Below, in pieces: positions 62,409 to 64,000 of a DNA stretch of 64,000 bases. A model generated the notes under the pieces. The model did no database searches and was not told where the DNA came from. It was given only the letters and a program-made list of their open reading frames with translations. Origin of the DNA: Candidatus Nomurabacteria bacterium. Its GTDB lineage: Bacteria > Patescibacteriota > Minisyncoccia > Phycocordibacterales > UBA918. Made by a program: the position numbers and the translations under genes. The stretch covers positions 161,753 through 225,752 of the forward strand of contig JACKGJ010000001.1 of assembly GCA_020631995.1 (NCBI GenBank), given 5' to 3'. How positions within the stretch are numbered: the stretch's first letter is position 1; each line of letters begins with the position of its first letter.

Positions 62409-62614
62409 TGGCGAAAAGTGTTGTTATCCACTAAAAAAACTTGAACCAATGTGACTATTCGGGTTAGGATAACCCTCGCGTCGGTTGTTATGAACGACGC
62501 ACTGTTCTTTATCTACGCCATCATTTCTGATGGTTTCTATCTTTGCAAAGAACAAGAAAAAACCGCCTTCAAGCGGTTTTCTTGTATTTGATACCGGAGT
62601 TAGGAGAAATACTA

Positions 62615-63874
62615 TTAAGTCCCCTTTTCTCCTGTTTCTTCAGCTTCTAAATCAATTCCTAGACCTACCATTGTATCCTCTAGAGCCTTAACTATTTCCA
62701 GAATTTCCAATATTAAAGCCTCAGCTTTTTTCAACTCACCAGCTGTCAAATATCTCTTTGCTTCAATTTCTATTAAACGATACTGCGAAATAGTATCCGC
62801 TATAGCTATGTAGTCATTAGAGGAGGGCTTGAGTTGTTTAAGACCAGTCTCCACCATAGCAATGGTTGTTGAGGCATTTGAAAGGTTCAGCTGCATTGCA
62901 TTAAACTTTTCTTCATCAGTTGGCACTATCGGCACTAAATCTTCAATAGTTACGTTTTCACGCACTTCGAGTTTCGTCATAAAACTAATCAGTTTCTGTG
63001 TATTACTGAGGGCTTCAGTCAGAAGCAAAGTGGCACCAGCCTTATCTTGCTCTTTCAATTTATTAGCACTTTCTACTTTAGTCTTTACATCATTCAAACG
63101 TCTTTCGATATCAGATTTTTGTTCAGGACTTGCTACATTTCCCAAACTATTAAGGTATTCATACGCACGAGTTGTTTCAACTTCAATTCTTGAAAGAATC
63201 TTTTCATACGAAACTGTACTTCCACTTAGTTGAGTGGTAGCCGCCTTGTTTACAGCTCCAAACAATACTGATGAAGTGGCCGAATCTGAACTTCCCTTCT
63301 TAGTCAAAATTTCAGCTGAAACCTGCAAGGTTGAAGTGAGAGAAATTTCAGCCAAAGTCGCCTCGTCATTGTCAGTAGCACGAATAGAAGCAATACCTTC
63401 ACGAGCGGCTTCACTGTGTTGTTTAATAGCTTCTGCCACGTCAGCTTCTGCGTCAGGGGTGAGGCGACCGCTGTCAGCTAATAAGTCAGCCTCAGCTAGT
63501 CGACGCTCTAAGCGTTCTGTCTCCCACTCCACTTTTTGATAAGGGGAAGAAACCATCGCTCCTCGCAATTCTTCATTAAAACGTACCTTGATTGGATAGA
63601 GAGTGTCCCCTGGCAAAGCATCTTCAGCCATTACTGGCACTACCACAAATACCAAAACCGCAGCCACACCAGCAAAGCGTCCCACCAACCAACCGTTAAT
63701 AGAAACTGAAAATCGCTTCTTGCTTTTAACATAATCAGAGGTAGACCCTACCCCACCAGGTAATGGATGGTACTCCATATACGACAAGAGGCGTTCGCGT
63801 AATTCATTGCGTTCGTAAGAGCTCAGTCTGAGCTTTTCTGATCGTTTCTTAAATTGTTCTGCAAATTTTTTCAT
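62615..63874 (-). CDS. Membrane protein downstream of a sigma factor (possible anti-sigma/DUF5667-like)
   Basis: Cytoplasmic N-terminus, one TM helix (FAGVAAVLVFVVVPV), long helical ectodomain; start overlaps the upstream stop (ATGA). Confidence 0.5.
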   Translation of the reverse strand: MKKFAEQFKKRSEKLRLSSYERNELRERLLSYMEYHPLPGGVGSTSDYVKSKKRFSVSINGWLVGRFAGVAAVLVFVVVPVMAEDALPGDTLYPIKVRFNEELRGAMVSSPYQKVEWETERLERRLAEADLLADSGRLTPDAEADVAEAIKQHSEAAREGIASIRATDNDEATLAEISLTSTLQVSAEILTKKGSSDSATSSVLFGAVNKAATTQLSGSTVSYEKILSRIEVETTRAYEYLNSLGNVASPEQKSDIERRLNDVKTKVESANKLKEQDKAGATLLLTEALSNTQKLISFMTKLEVRENVTIEDLVPIVPTDEEKFNAMQLNLSNASTTIAMVETGLKQLKPSSNDYIAIADTISQYRLIEIEAKRYLTAGELKKAEALILEILEIVKALEDTMVGLGIDLEAEETGEKGT

Positions 63875-64000
63875 TTTTGTTTTTCATCTTCCGCTCCCCC
63901 AAGACGTCTATCTTCCCTCTTCTTCTCTTCCGTCTCAATGGCTAAGCGGAGGGCCTTCAGTGCCCTATGTAACCGTACTGACACTACGTTCTCCGATTCC
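63871..64000 (-). CDS. Sigma-70 family (ECF-like) sigma factor, C-terminal fragment (5' end outside window)
   Basis: The translation ..SENVVSVRLHRALKALRLAIE.. resembles the region 4 helix-turn-helix. Confidence 0.55.
   Translation of the reverse strand, partial: ESENVVSVRLHRALKALRLAIETEEKKREDRRLGGAEDEKQK

Noticed and set aside
1-64000. Alternative genetic code (UGA recoding as in SR1/Gracilibacteria)
   Set aside because: All conserved genes (tuf, fusA, secY, ribosomal proteins) read through at full length with standard stops. No in-frame TGA is needed to restore conserved regions.

Overview
The window is a gene-dense, roughly 45% GC bacterial segment read with standard code 11 (ORFs are intact). 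It carries most of the str, S10 and spc ribosomal-protein clusters on the minus strand. That run is rpsL-rpsG, fusA, tuf-rpsJ, rplC-rplD-rplW-rplB, rpsS through rplE, rpsN-rpsH-rplF, rplR-rpsE-rplO-secY-adk-map.

Other housekeeping genes are infC-rpmI-rplT, ndk, rpmB, rnhA, recJ, pgk-tpiA, nusA, ppa, tig, clpP, rny, hup and one tRNA-Gly(UCC). Accessory content is also present:
- a mazEF-like toxin-antitoxin pair
- a SET-domain protein
- a ComEC split in two by an opposite-strand SOD gene
- a type IV pilus block (pilB, pilC, three prepilin or PilX-like proteins)
- a module of an 872-aa membrane protein plus a 910-aa VirD4/VirB4-like ATPase

Several traits suggest a reduced Patescibacteria/CPR-like genome; this is inference only:
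- no rpmD between rpsE and rplO
- weak Shine-Dalgarno usage
- basic tails on many ribosomal proteins
- a trigger factor without its PPIase domain

The most unusual signal is non-coding. At least ten intergenic sites, mostly directly after stop codons or between ribosomal-protein genes, hold 100-190 nt imperfect-hairpin elements built to one plan. They share core motifs, show compensatory base changes between copies, and have a fixed orientation relative to transcription.

Other structured non-coding regions are flagged separately:
- an orphan RNA candidate bracketed by two terminators
- a possible plus-strand sRNA among minus-strand genes
- long leaders of fusA and tig
- an 86-bp tandem duplication
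- a tRNA-Gly-like degenerate unit

All calls rest on reading the sequence and ORF translations by eye; no database search was run.
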